32,000 nucleotides of DNA, from assembly GCF_900199515.1 (NCBI RefSeq), contig NZ_LT963434.1, positions 513,272 to 545,271 of the forward strand. Direction: 5' to 3'. The notes beneath the pieces were generated by a model. The model made no database searches. It was given only the letters and a program-made list of their open reading frames with translations, and was not told the origin of the DNA. Below, piece after piece: positions 1 through 9,275 of this stretch. The translations under genes were made by a program, and so were the position numbers. Numbering within the stretch: the stretch's first letter is position 1; each line of letters opens with the position of its first letter. The stretch is from Massilicoli timonensis (GTDB lineage Bacteria; Bacillota_I; Bacilli_A; Erysipelotrichales; Erysipelotrichaceae).

Positions 1-419
1 TCCAGCACTTGCAAAGTCTGCTTGTTTTCACCCAGATAGCCGATCAGTGTCTTTTCTTTCACTTCGATCGTAATACCGCCATTCGCATTTTTATTTATCT
101 TTGCAGATGCAATCAAATCTTCTTTTTCCAAAAGATGTCGGATCCAAAAAGAAGGATGCAACAAGAACCGAGAATCATAATCCAGCCCGGCAATTTCCAA
201 GATCTGCTCATCGCTGTAATAGCGATTGCCGACGACCCGCAAAGACTTTACCTTAGAATAATCACTGAGAAAGTAAAATATCCCCACGGCAAGTATCACC
301 AGTACTGCCAGATTGCGAATTCTGCGAAATTTACGGCGCCGCTTTCTTTTTTTCTGTTTTAACTGCTCGAACTGTTCTTCTACTTCGTCGTGCAGCAGTT
401 CCTGTATTCCCGCTTTCAT
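1..419 (-). CDS. divIB: Cell division protein DivIB/FtsQ, N-terminal part (runs off the left edge of the window)
   Basis: This ORF is not in the supplied track. My own translation from ATG 419-417 gives MKAGIQELLHDEVEEQFEQLKQKKRKRRRKFRRIRNLAVLVILAVGIFYFLSDYSKVKSLRVVGNRYYSDEQILEIAGLDYDSRF.... That is a basic cytoplasmic tail, one TM helix and a POTRA-like 'V..I.V.GN.Y....I' motif. The start overlaps the murB stop (ATGA). The position after murB matches dcw synteny. Confidence 0.6.
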   Translation of the reverse strand, partial: MKAGIQELLHDEVEEQFEQLKQKKRKRRRKFRRIRNLAVLVILAVGIFYFLSDYSKVKSLRVVGNRYYSDEQILEIAGLDYDSRFLLHPSFWIRHLLEKEDLIASAKINKNANGGITIEVKEKTLIGYLGENKQTLQVL

Positions 420-1318
420 AAATTAAACCGTTCCACTTCCAAAATCAATTCCAGCCCATAGGCTTTTTTTACTTCTCGCTGCACCAGTTCGATCAAAGCG
501 ATGACATCTTCTGCCCGCGCATGATCGACATTGATAATGAAATTCGCATGCTTTTCTGAAATGCACGCACCGCCGATCTGCTTGCCTCTTAATCCCAGTT
601 CTTCGATGAGCTTCCATGCGAATTGATCTTGCGGATTACGGAAAATACTGCCGGCACATGGATAATTTAAGGGCTGAGAAGCGATGCGCCGCTGCCGTCT
701 TGCATCCATCAAGGCTCTGATTTCATCCTGATCGCCCTTTGTAAGCTGCAAGCGCGCACCTAAAATGATCCAATCGGGTTGTTTTTGAAAGATCGAGTGA
801 CGATAGGAAAAGCCAAGCTCCTCTGCCGGCTTCCATTCACACGCTCCATCTTCGCCGCACATGACATATACTTCCCTGACGTTTGCCGCCATATCGCTTT
901 TATACGCACCGGCATTCATAAAGATCGCACCGCCGAGCGTTCCCGGAATGCCCGAAGCAAATTCCAAGCCGCTGAAACCGTGCTTCATCGCTTCCTGTGC
1001 CAATAGGATAATGCTGGTTCCCGCCTGTACGACGCAAGTCCCGTCCTCCTCAAACGAAAACTCGTTGAAATAGCGATCCAAAGCAATGATGATGCCATCA
1101 TAGTCCTGATCGCCTGCCAAGATGTTGCTGCCCTTGCCAAACAGCTTATAAGGCACCCGCTCCTCTTTGGCTAATGCAATGATCCGCGATAAGCATAATT
1201 CATTTTTCGGATAGACATAGTATTTTGCTTTCCCGCCGATCCGAAAAGTCGTATGTTTGCAAAGCGGCTCGCCGCATTCCACATCTCCATACTGCATCAA
1301 TCTATTTTTCAATTCCAT
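416..1318 (-). CDS. murB: UDP-N-acetylenolpyruvoylglucosamine reductase MurB
   Basis: The sequence matches the MurB family (HTTFRIGGKAKYYVYP, GKGSNIL, GAGAYKSD-like, RNP). The track ORF extends to 1396, but the N-terminal 26 aa look spurious. ATG at 1318 (MELKNRL) is preceded by AAGGTG with 6 nt spacing. An alternative ATG at 1324 overlaps the murG stop. Confidence 0.9.
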   Translation of the reverse strand: MELKNRLMQYGDVECGEPLCKHTTFRIGGKAKYYVYPKNELCLSRIIALAKEERVPYKLFGKGSNILAGDQDYDGIIIALDRYFNEFSFEEDGTCVVQAGTSIILLAQEAMKHGFSGLEFASGIPGTLGGAIFMNAGAYKSDMAANVREVYVMCGEDGACEWKPAEELGFSYRHSIFQKQPDWIILGARLQLTKGDQDEIRALMDARRQRRIASQPLNYPCAGSIFRNPQDQFAWKLIEELGLRGKQIGGACISEKHANFIINVDHARAEDVIALIELVQREVKKAYGLELILEVERFNL

Positions 1319-1323
1319 TTCCA

Positions 1324-2394
1324 TCACCTTTTCAGTTGTTCTATCCATCTCAGCATATCGTCCGCCGCATTGGGCTTGCCCATCTTTTTGGCGCACGCCG
1401 CCACATCCGCAAGCCTGAGCGGATCATCTAACAGCTCATGCATTTTGGCATTGAGCGTATCCGCACACAGATCTTTTTCTTCGATCATCAAAGCGGCGCC
1501 CTGCTCACAAAGCTGCATCGCATTGAAATACTGATGATTGTGTGCGACATAAGGGCTGGGAATCAAAATGCTCGCAATTCCTTTGGCGCTTAATTCCGCA
1601 ATGGTCGTCGCACCTGCACGGCACACCAAAAGATCGATATGATCCAGGATCGAAAGCGTCCTGACATAGTCTACTACATGAATATCCGGATTGTCAAAGC
1701 AATCCTTCATTTCCTCATAATTGTTCCTGCCGCTTACATAAAGCACCTGTATGCCTTCCGGTATGGCGACCAGCGCATCTTTCATCACCTCGTTCACACT
1801 GGTAGAACCAAGCGAACCCATTACGATAAGCACCGTGCGTTTGGCAGGCGAAAGCCCAAGTGAAAGAAAATAGGCTTCATCAAAAGGCGTCTGTGCTGCC
1901 AAGGTCGCACGGGGATTACCTAAAAGACGCACGTTGCCGTGAAAGACCTCATTGCATTTTTCGTAGCAGGTTACGATTGCATCCACTTTCCCCATGACCA
2001 AACGATTCGCCGCACCGACGATGGAATTCTGCTCATGGATCATCGTCGAAATGCCCAGCGAACTGGCAGCGAGCATGACCGGGGCGCTGACATAGCCGCC
2101 AAAACCGATCACGACATCCGGCTGAAACTGTTTTATGATCTTTTTCGCCTGTCCTTTGGCAATCAGCATCTGCATAAACGCTTTCCCTTTGTGCCACAAA
2201 GAACCGCTGAAACCGCTCGTATGCAAAGCAGAAAAAGCGTAGCCGTGCGCCGGGATCTCTTTTGCTTCCATGCGGTCATCATTGCCGATGAATAAGATTT
2301 CCGCATCTTTCCAGCGCTGCATTGCGCAATCAGCCAAAGCGAGTGCCGGATAAATATGTCCGCCGGTCCCGCCGGTTACGATCAGTAGTTTCAT
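1324..2394 (-). CDS. murG: Undecaprenyldiphospho-muramoylpentapeptide beta-N-acetylglucosaminyltransferase MurG
   Basis: MKLLIVTGGTGGHIYPALALAD is the canonical MurG N-terminus, and this start gives a 356-aa protein. The start was trimmed from the track ORF (2655) to ATG 2394, which has an AGAGGTGA SD. The upstream 87 aa overlap ftsW and are not MurG-like. Confidence 0.9.
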   Translation of the reverse strand: MKLLIVTGGTGGHIYPALALADCAMQRWKDAEILFIGNDDRMEAKEIPAHGYAFSALHTSGFSGSLWHKGKAFMQMLIAKGQAKKIIKQFQPDVVIGFGGYVSAPVMLAASSLGISTMIHEQNSIVGAANRLVMGKVDAIVTCYEKCNEVFHGNVRLLGNPRATLAAQTPFDEAYFLSLGLSPAKRTVLIVMGSLGSTSVNEVMKDALVAIPEGIQVLYVSGRNNYEEMKDCFDNPDIHVVDYVRTLSILDHIDLLVCRAGATTIAELSAKGIASILIPSPYVAHNHQYFNAMQLCEQGAALMIEEKDLCADTLNAKMHELLDDPLRLADVAACAKKMGKPNAADDMLRWIEQLKR

Positions 2395-2462
2395 AGGGTC
2401 ACCTCTTGTTTTTTTATTATAGCACATGCGCCTGCATTGGCATAGACTCTTTTGCAGTGTGT

Positions 2463-3554
2463 TTATGCGCTTTTTTCCATTTTCGCAATACGCATCAAAA
2501 GACCCATGCTGCTCATCATGACAACAAGTGAACTGCCGCCATAAGAAATAAAGGGCAAGGTAATGCCGGTTACCGGGAACAAGCCGACCACTACGCCTAA
2601 ATTGATCATGACCTGAATGGCAAACAAAGAAACAAGCCCAACCGCTACATAGCAATAAAATGGTTCAGGTGCCGATAAGGCAATCTTTGCACCTTGATAG
2701 ATGACACAAGCAAATAATAAGATGAGGATCACGCAGCCGATAAAGCCAAGCTCTTCGGCGATGATCGCAAAAATAAAGTCGGTCTGCGGTTCCGGCAAGT
2801 AAAAATGTTTCTGCATGCTCTGATCAAAGCCGCTGCCTAAGATCCCGCCCGGGGCGATGGCAAATAAGGATTGAATGATCTGAAAGCCGGCTCCGAGCGG
2901 ATCTTCCCAAGGATTGAGAAAGGAAGTGATGCGCGCCAGACGATAGGGTGCCGATAAGATCAAGCCACCCATTGCGATAATTCCGATCATGCCCACTCGT
3001 ACAAAATAGGAAATCGGCGCATCGGCGCTTAATATGATAACTACGATGGCACACACCATTACGATCCCGCTGCCAAAGTCCGGCTGCAATAAGATAAGCG
3101 CAAATCCTACCATCGTCGCGATTGCCGGAACCAGAAGATCTTTGCGGAAGGATTTGATTTTATGCTTCTTTGATAAATACTGTGATACAAGCAAAATGAC
3201 GGCGATCTTAAAAAACTCTGACGGCTGGATCAGAAAGGATCCAAAGCCAAACCAGCTTCTGGATCCATTGCGTAATACGCCTATTCCCGGAATTAACACC
3301 AAAATCAGCGAAAGCAACGCCAGAAAGTAAAGTTTATGAATATGCGGCCTGATCTTTTCAAGCGGTAAGCGTGAACAGATCTGCATGCCGACAAGGCCAA
3401 CTCCGGCAAAGATCAGCTGACGGAGCATAAAATAATTTTCATCTCCGAATTTGGCTTCCGCCCATACTCTAGAAGCGGAACGGATCATGATGATGCCGAA
3501 AATCACTAAGGTGAAGATCAACAAGGTCAGCGTACGGCAGCGTTTATGAAACAT
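2463..3554 (-). CDS. ftsW: SEDS-family peptidoglycan glycosyltransferase FtsW/SpoVE
   Basis: This is a 363-aa polytopic membrane protein with FtsW/RodA/SpoVE hallmarks (GSRSWFGFGSFLIQPSEF, QPDFGS, PFISYGGSS). It lies directly upstream of murG, as in Bacillus-type dcw clusters. Confidence 0.85.
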   Translation of the reverse strand: MFHKRCRTLTLLIFTLVIFGIIMIRSASRVWAEAKFGDENYFMLRQLIFAGVGLVGMQICSRLPLEKIRPHIHKLYFLALLSLILVLIPGIGVLRNGSRSWFGFGSFLIQPSEFFKIAVILLVSQYLSKKHKIKSFRKDLLVPAIATMVGFALILLQPDFGSGIVMVCAIVVIILSADAPISYFVRVGMIGIIAMGGLILSAPYRLARITSFLNPWEDPLGAGFQIIQSLFAIAPGGILGSGFDQSMQKHFYLPEPQTDFIFAIIAEELGFIGCVILILLFACVIYQGAKIALSAPEPFYCYVAVGLVSLFAIQVMINLGVVVGLFPVTGITLPFISYGGSSLVVMMSSMGLLMRIAKMEKSA

Positions 3555-3654
3555 GGTGTTCCTCCCTCTTACTTTTTAAGTGTATGATGTGTATTAAACA
3601 TATAACACCCATTACTTCTAAATAAAAAATCGGTTTAAAGAAAAGAGAAACCAC

Positions 3655-3663
3655 ATTATAACA
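3655..3663 (-). promoter_or_regulatory. Candidate extended -10 (TGtTATAAT) promoter for ftsW
   Basis: The minus strand reads TGTTATAAT about 94 nt upstream of the ftsW ATG. No convincing -35 hexamer is present. Confidence 0.3.
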
Positions 3664-3751
3664 CTTATAATAGTAATCTATATAACAAACCAACTAAGTA
3701 TAATAAACAATTATGTTCATGTTTATCAGGCATATAAGGCTATAATCTTCA

Positions 3752-3782
3752 AATAGATTCTCTCAACTTGTCTGAATCTATT
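3752..3782 (-). terminator. Weak hairpin at the 3' end of the polysaccharide operon
   Basis: AATAGATTC-13 nt-GAATCTATT forms a 9-bp AT-rich stem 29 nt after the SDR stop codon. The U-tract on the minus-strand RNA is poor (UGAAGAUUAUA). Confidence 0.3.
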
Positions 3783-3810
3783 AATTTTATTACTGACCTT
3801 ACACAAGATT

Positions 3811-4872
3811 CTAAAGCGATTTCAGTTTTTGAAGTATCAAAATAGTATGTTGAATTGAAATATCTATATTGAAAAGTGGCTCCCATCCAATTCCTGTAAT
3901 TTTGGTCACGTCTAAAAGGGCTTTAGTAGCTAAGGAATATCCTTTTCTTTCTAATTCATTTGGCAATTCAAAAACAACTTTGGTGCCAACAAATGAAGAT
4001 ATTTTAGTAGCCAACTCTTTTAGCGTAATATCTAAATTTGGATTACAAATATTATATGCCTCCCCCTTTTCTCCATCAAAGAGTATTTTCAATATACCAT
4101 ATACAGCATCAGCAACATAACAATAAGAAAAAAGCTGTTCACCTTTACTCTTTAATATAATGTCTTTATTTTCAATTGCTCTTAAAATAAATTGTGATAA
4201 AGCCTTTGTGTCGTTCATCAGCATCGTGGGCCCAAAAACACGTGATAAGCGAGGAACAACTATATCTAATCCATATTTTTCTGAATATGCTTGACAGAGT
4301 GATTCACCAACTCGTTTACTTTCTGGATAACCTGCTCTCAAAGTGTTACAGTCAATATATCCGCAGTATTTCTCGCCAAATTTATCAACATCTCCTTTAT
4401 TCTCACCATATATTTCGACAGTTGACAGAAATATAAAACGTTTACAATTTTTATCCTTGGCTATTTCCAATAATCGTTGCGTTGCAATAACATTAGAAGT
4501 AATCGTGCCGATTGGATCGGCAGAATATGCCATAGGGTGTGTATTACTAGCAGCATGTAAAATATAATCAAATCTATTTTCATCCAAAACAAAGGAGGTA
4601 TTGATATCTAATTCTATAAAACTGAACAAATTATTATTAAAATAATTAAACCTTTTCTTCGCTTTATCGATACTTCTCCCAATAGCAAACACGTGGCAAT
4701 TCAAATTATCTTCAAAGTTTTTTTTCATTATAACATCTATTAGAAAACTTCCTATCATTCCAGTAGCGCCTGTAATAAGAAAACTAGAGTTCTTTAATTT
4801 TTTCCAATCTAAATTCATTTTTGATATGCTTTTTAGATCTTCTTGATAAATTTTATTTTCTACTAAGTACAT
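3811..4872 (-). CDS. NAD(P)-dependent SDR (epimerase/dehydratase family); probable reductase partner of the adjacent cytidylyltransferase (CDP-alditol synthesis)
   Basis: It has the Rossmann motif ITGATGMIGSF and a catalytic YPESK (YxxxK). It sits immediately downstream of a TarI/IspD-like gene, mirroring the domain order of bifunctional Bcs1/Acs1-type CDP-ribitol synthases. Confidence 0.7.
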   Translation of the reverse strand: MYLVENKIYQEDLKSISKMNLDWKKLKNSSFLITGATGMIGSFLIDVIMKKNFEDNLNCHVFAIGRSIDKAKKRFNYFNNNLFSFIELDINTSFVLDENRFDYILHAASNTHPMAYSADPIGTITSNVIATQRLLEIAKDKNCKRFIFLSTVEIYGENKGDVDKFGEKYCGYIDCNTLRAGYPESKRVGESLCQAYSEKYGLDIVVPRLSRVFGPTMLMNDTKALSQFILRAIENKDIILKSKGEQLFSYCYVADAVYGILKILFDGEKGEAYNICNPNLDITLKELATKISSFVGTKVVFELPNELERKGYSLATKALLDVTKITGIGWEPLFNIDISIQHTILILQKLKSL

Positions 4873-4873
4873 T

Positions 4874-5587
4874 TTATTTTATCCAACTTTCTTTTTTCGT
4901 GTTAAGTAATGACTTAAATATTTCAATATCCTCTGTTGTTGTTATTTTCAAGTTTTTTTCTGATCCTCTTGAAAAATAAGAATTTCTACCAAGTGCTTCC
5001 ATGAGTGAACACGAAGCAGCCATGTTTTTAATGCCTAATTTTTGTGCTTCTTGATAGGCATTGAGAATATCTCCCAAATAATATGTATGTGGAGTTTGAG
5101 TACGCCACAGGGACTCTCTAGGTATAGATTTATTCGAAGATATCCCTTTTTCAGAAACAAACACAACTTCAGTACAAGGAATGGCAGCAACTGCTGATCC
5201 AAATTGTGATAATTTCACTAAACTATCAGTAATAATTTCTTGTGCAATCATCGGTCTATTTCCATCATGAATCATAACTACATCATTTGCTAAATGATTT
5301 TTTGTAATAGCTTGTAACCCATTGTATATTGACTCTTGCCCAGTGTCACCACCAATGACAATATATTTTAGTTTTGTGATATTAAATTGTTTGGCATAAG
5401 CTTGTAATATTTGTTCCCATCCTTTCAAAATAACAACACATATCTCATCAATATTTGGATGATTTTGAAAAGCTTCTAAAGTATAAATAATAATTGGTTT
5501 ATTGTTTACATGAATAAACTGTTTCGGGATGTCCTGTAAAGTTCGTGTCCCTTTTCCAGCAGCAGTTAATAAGGCAATGTTACTCAT
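4874..5587 (-). CDS. IspD/TarI-family nucleotidyltransferase (probable alditol-phosphate, e.g. ribitol-5-P, cytidylyltransferase)
   Basis: The N-terminus LLTAAGKGTRTLQDIPKQF is the IspD/TarI signature, and the protein is 237 aa. An AAGGAG SD is present. The start overlaps the end of the upstream gene by 8 nt. Confidence 0.8.
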   Translation of the reverse strand: MSNIALLTAAGKGTRTLQDIPKQFIHVNNKPIIIYTLEAFQNHPNIDEICVVILKGWEQILQAYAKQFNITKLKYIVIGGDTGQESIYNGLQAITKNHLANDVVMIHDGNRPMIAQEIITDSLVKLSQFGSAVAAIPCTEVVFVSEKGISSNKSIPRESLWRTQTPHTYYLGDILNAYQEAQKLGIKNMAASCSLMEALGRNSYFSRGSEKNLKITTTEDIEIFKSLLNTKKESWIK

Positions 5588-6623
5588 ATGAAGTCTCCTT
5601 TATTGTATATTTATTTATTTTTTGAACTATTTTATCTGTAACATATCTAAATACTATTGCTAATAAAATCGTAATAGTAAAAGATGCTATTATATATATA
5701 TATATATTATTAAATAGTTTATTTAATAGAATCATTGGTATCCTTTGCAATATATATATTTCAAACAGATGATCCCCCATCCACTTTAAGATTTTATTAT
5801 GTAATGATATTTTTCTACTTAATAATACAACTAGTATTGAAAAGGATATCATCAATAAAATATCTACTAAAGCGTTAATAAGATTTAATCTAAAGAAAAG
5901 CGTAGCAATAAAGCAAATGATTAATAGAATCGCATACGTTTTATTATTATTTAGTATTCGATTAATTTTAGCTTCATTGAACGCAAAAAACATACCTACG
6001 TTATAACAAAGGGCTGTATCGTACCAATATAATTCTTTATTAAAGACATAACGCATGATAATAATATATGCCACTGTTAGCACGATTTGGAAAATACACG
6101 CATAGAAATTACTACCTTTGAATATACAAAAGGCAATATAGGTACATAGGTAAAGGGCTAAAATGGTAAATACATACCAATTACTGTTTCCCATTGAGTC
6201 GAAACCTATAAGTGATAAACAAAACGTTTGGAATGAAAATGATTCATGAAGCATCAACTTTATTAAAGCATAAATAAAAACAGCTATATCAAACCTTACC
6301 AAAGTTAAAAAGACTCTTTTATATGGTATAGCATCGACATATTCTTTCCCCTTTTTTATTATAGAATATGCTATTCCATATCCTGAATAAAAAAGAAATA
6401 ATGTTACCATTGTCTGTCCAAAAGATGTTATTAACTTATCCCATAATAAATCAAATTGATCAGTGTATGTAACGTAGGAGTTAAAATGACTAAAAAAAAC
6501 AAGTAAAATAAATATCCCTTTGATAGATGATGTTTTTTCTTTGCTTAGATAATCTTCTTGTGCCCCTATTTTAATACCTAGCAGACATATAAGCAAATAA
6601 ATAAATGCTACCACGATCATCAT
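5580..6623 (-). CDS. Membrane acyltransferase family 3 (polysaccharide O-acetyltransferase type)
   Basis: The protein is about 10-TM and very hydrophobic, with the N-terminal motif IKGIFILLVFFSHF (conserved His in TM1). A GGAGGT SD is present. Confidence 0.7.
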   Translation of the reverse strand: MMIVVAFIYLLICLLGIKIGAQEDYLSKEKTSSIKGIFILLVFFSHFNSYVTYTDQFDLLWDKLITSFGQTMVTLFLFYSGYGIAYSIIKKGKEYVDAIPYKRVFLTLVRFDIAVFIYALIKLMLHESFSFQTFCLSLIGFDSMGNSNWYVFTILALYLCTYIAFCIFKGSNFYACIFQIVLTVAYIIIMRYVFNKELYWYDTALCYNVGMFFAFNEAKINRILNNNKTYAILLIICFIATLFFRLNLINALVDILLMISFSILVVLLSRKISLHNKILKWMGDHLFEIYILQRIPMILLNKLFNNIYIYIIASFTITILLAIVFRYVTDKIVQKINKYTIKETSYE

Positions 6624-6624
6624 G

Positions 6625-7761
6625 TTATACCTCCAACCATTTATTCTTACTTATTATAAAATCAACAACCCGTTCAGAATTTTTATTATCTGACATATAA
6701 TTAATCAATTTCTTAATTCTATTTCGTTCCTCTTTTAATATATCTTCGCCATTAGAAACATTTTCTATAAATTTCATCAGATCTTGAACTGTGTATATTT
6801 TTTGTGCACCTGCCCAATAATAATCAATATTGATAGAAAATCCCGGGTTATCACGATACTCTTCTATATCTTCCCACACGGCACCAATCGGTTTATCACA
6901 TAACGTATAATCATAATATACAGATGAATAATCAGTTAATAATGCATCACAATTACCAAGAAATTCGTAAGAATTTATGTTATGAACTGTAAAGAAAGAT
7001 TCATCAATAAAAACAATATTCTTTAGATTTAGCTTTTTAAACATTTTTATATCTTGAGAAAAATGTGGTTTAATTACGATTAAAATATCATTCTTGCGAG
7101 CAAAATCGTTAATTGTAATAGCATTTCGTTCATCATCTATGATTGGAATCACAGTTGATGATCCGGTTTTTAGACCATTTTTATGCTGCCTAAAAGTAGG
7201 ATACCAAACAATAATTTTATTGAACTTTATATTAAACAAACTATGCAAATCTCGTTTGATGAAGAACGAATCATTACGTGGATATCCTAGTGCTACAGCT
7301 TTTGAATTAGCCATATTGTGCTGATATGCTGTTACTTCTGAAAATTCATTAGAGGCAACGAGAAAATTGTCAATATCTGATGAAATCGTATAGACCCCTT
7401 TTATTTTTTTAATCGGTGATCCATGTGTTAAAAAAAAGGAAAATTGCTTCTTGTTTAATTTTTTAAAACATTCATTACAGGTAATAATGCACTTCACTTT
7501 TAATCTATAATAAATAAAATGAATTTTATGAATAAAAGTTTTTCTATCAATGTATACAACATTTTTAATAACGGGAAAGCTTTTTGATTTATCACTTACT
7601 AGCCAAATCATCTTACATTTTTTATTGATTCCTCTTTTAATCATTTCATCAAAAACATCTTTGCTATTATCTGAAAAATCTGGGATGCTTTCAAATAAAA
7701 TCGCATTTTTTAACGGAATAAAGGAAAAGAAAAATATGATTATTTCTTTTATTATTTTCAC
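6625..7761 (-). CDS. CDP-glycerol/CDP-ribitol:glycosyl alditol-phosphotransferase (TagB/TagF/TarL family)
   Basis: It carries the Glyphos_transf motifs VWYPTFRQH and LLTDYSSVYYDYTLCDKPI. The GTG start overlaps the wzx stop (GTGA) and has an AGGAGG SD. Confidence 0.8.
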   Translation of the reverse strand: MKIIKEIIIFFFSFIPLKNAILFESIPDFSDNSKDVFDEMIKRGINKKCKMIWLVSDKSKSFPVIKNVVYIDRKTFIHKIHFIYYRLKVKCIITCNECFKKLNKKQFSFFLTHGSPIKKIKGVYTISSDIDNFLVASNEFSEVTAYQHNMANSKAVALGYPRNDSFFIKRDLHSLFNIKFNKIIVWYPTFRQHKNGLKTGSSTVIPIIDDERNAITINDFARKNDILIVIKPHFSQDIKMFKKLNLKNIVFIDESFFTVHNINSYEFLGNCDALLTDYSSVYYDYTLCDKPIGAVWEDIEEYRDNPGFSINIDYYWAGAQKIYTVQDLMKFIENVSNGEDILKEERNRIKKLINYMSDNKNSERVVDFIISKNKWLEV

Positions 7762-9221
7762 TTGTTAGTTCCTCCTAAAATGTTTGCCTTAAAGAAATTT
7801 GCTAAAAATCTGAAGTTTTTATTCTTAGTAATAATGCTTAATGCAATATATGAAATAATTCCAACAAGCACCTGAATAGATATAGTCAAAAAAGGAGTTA
7901 TTTGAATAAATCTTAAACTGTATACAATTAATCCCATAACTCCAGAAATTATGAAATTAGGCAATAAATCCATAATTTGATATCGGTATCTATAACCAAT
8001 AAGCTTCCTGTTTGGATAGGTATTTGATAATGTAGCGAAGAAAGTACATAGAACACTTGAAAATGCCAATTGTGTAGGAGTCGTTGAAAATATAATAAAT
8101 AATACGATTATAACAAAGTAGATAGCTTTTTTAATAATTTCTAATAATAGTAAAATATCACTTCTTCCAATAGCACGGATAACTTGTAAGTTTCCTGTTT
8201 GTATGATGTTAAACATGTAACTTATACAAAAAATCTGAACAAATGGTATGGCTTCAGCCCATTTATCTGTAAGCAACAATAATATAAAATTATCAGAAAC
8301 TGCAAAAAATCCTGTCATCAATGGAAAAACTAAATAAGAAGAAAGCTGCATGAATTTTCTCGTTAATTCCAATATATAGTCTGGATCATCTTGATATTTA
8401 GATAATATTGGGAATACGACAGCAGAAACAGTATCACTTATAGATGCGTTAACAATTACCGGAAAGCTTTTCCCTTTTGTATAGAAAGCCAAATCAGATC
8501 GAGAGTATTTTATGCCTATTATCAAGGGATTGATTTGTTCATATAATTCACTAATTATTGAAGATATAAAGATCTTCCAACCATAGTTAAATAAAGATTT
8601 TAGTCTTTTTATTGAAAAAGACATCTTAGGAAAAAACTTGGTAGATAGTGTTAAAAATATTGTATCAAATAAACTTAATACTAATTGCTGGGTCACTAAA
8701 GCCCATACTCCATAACCTCTTAAAGCCATTGTAACTCCAATAATTGCAGAAATGATAGTACCGATAAGCGTAGATATAAAAAACTTCCTGAATTCTAGAT
8801 TACTAGAAATATACGCTGTTACGATGGATTTATATGCATTTATAAAAAGGGAAATTCCCATTATCCGAATAATAGGAATTAGAAGCTCATTGTCATAGAT
8901 ATTTGCTATTGTTGGGGCACTAATGAATAATGTTGTATATATGACTATAGAAATAAGCATTGTAACAAAAAAAACTGATGAATAATCAATAATATCAGCA
9001 TCTTTTTTTTGAATGAGAGCTGTATTTAAACCACCAGATATTAAAATATTAGAAAAAGAAAAGAAAATAGTTACTAGACTAACAACGCTAAAATCTTCCG
9101 GAAGTAAAATTCTTGCTAAAATAATAGAAACTGCAAGAGAAACTAATTGAGCTATTATCCTTTCACTAAATTTCCATAGAACTCCGCTGATTGCTTTTCT
9201 TTTCATAAAATTGTTATCCAT
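7758..9221 (-). CDS. wzx: Wzx-type oligosaccharide flippase (MOP/polysaccharide biosynthesis protein family)
   Basis: The protein is polytopic (12-14 TM) with the typical Wzx N-terminus KRKAISGVLWKFSERIIAQLVSLAVSIILARILLPEDF. The start is set at ATG 9221 (MDNNF), which has an AGAGGTG SD 5 nt upstream. Confidence 0.8.
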   Translation of the reverse strand: MDNNFMKRKAISGVLWKFSERIIAQLVSLAVSIILARILLPEDFSVVSLVTIFFSFSNILISGGLNTALIQKKDADIIDYSSVFFVTMLISIVIYTTLFISAPTIANIYDNELLIPIIRIMGISLFINAYKSIVTAYISSNLEFRKFFISTLIGTIISAIIGVTMALRGYGVWALVTQQLVLSLFDTIFLTLSTKFFPKMSFSIKRLKSLFNYGWKIFISSIISELYEQINPLIIGIKYSRSDLAFYTKGKSFPVIVNASISDTVSAVVFPILSKYQDDPDYILELTRKFMQLSSYLVFPLMTGFFAVSDNFILLLLTDKWAEAIPFVQIFCISYMFNIIQTGNLQVIRAIGRSDILLLLEIIKKAIYFVIIVLFIIFSTTPTQLAFSSVLCTFFATLSNTYPNRKLIGYRYRYQIMDLLPNFIISGVMGLIVYSLRFIQITPFLTISIQVLVGIISYIALSIITKNKNFRFLANFFKANILGGTNK

Positions 9222-9275
9222 AAAAACACCTCTCATGTTGCATATATTTTTTCATTTTTATCATAAGTTCTCTAA

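Noticed and set aside
9-362. The track lists a plus-strand 117-aa ORF here, and many other 60-130 aa ORFs antisense to or nested in long genes. Examples are 779..1006, 1939..2295, 13106..13755, 16488..16824, 17752..18123, 20385..20774, 28761..29291 and 29816..30326.
   Set aside because: All overlap strongly supported genes on the opposite strand or in another frame. They have low-complexity or Cys/Arg/Ser-rich compositions typical of antisense frames, and they lack an SD.
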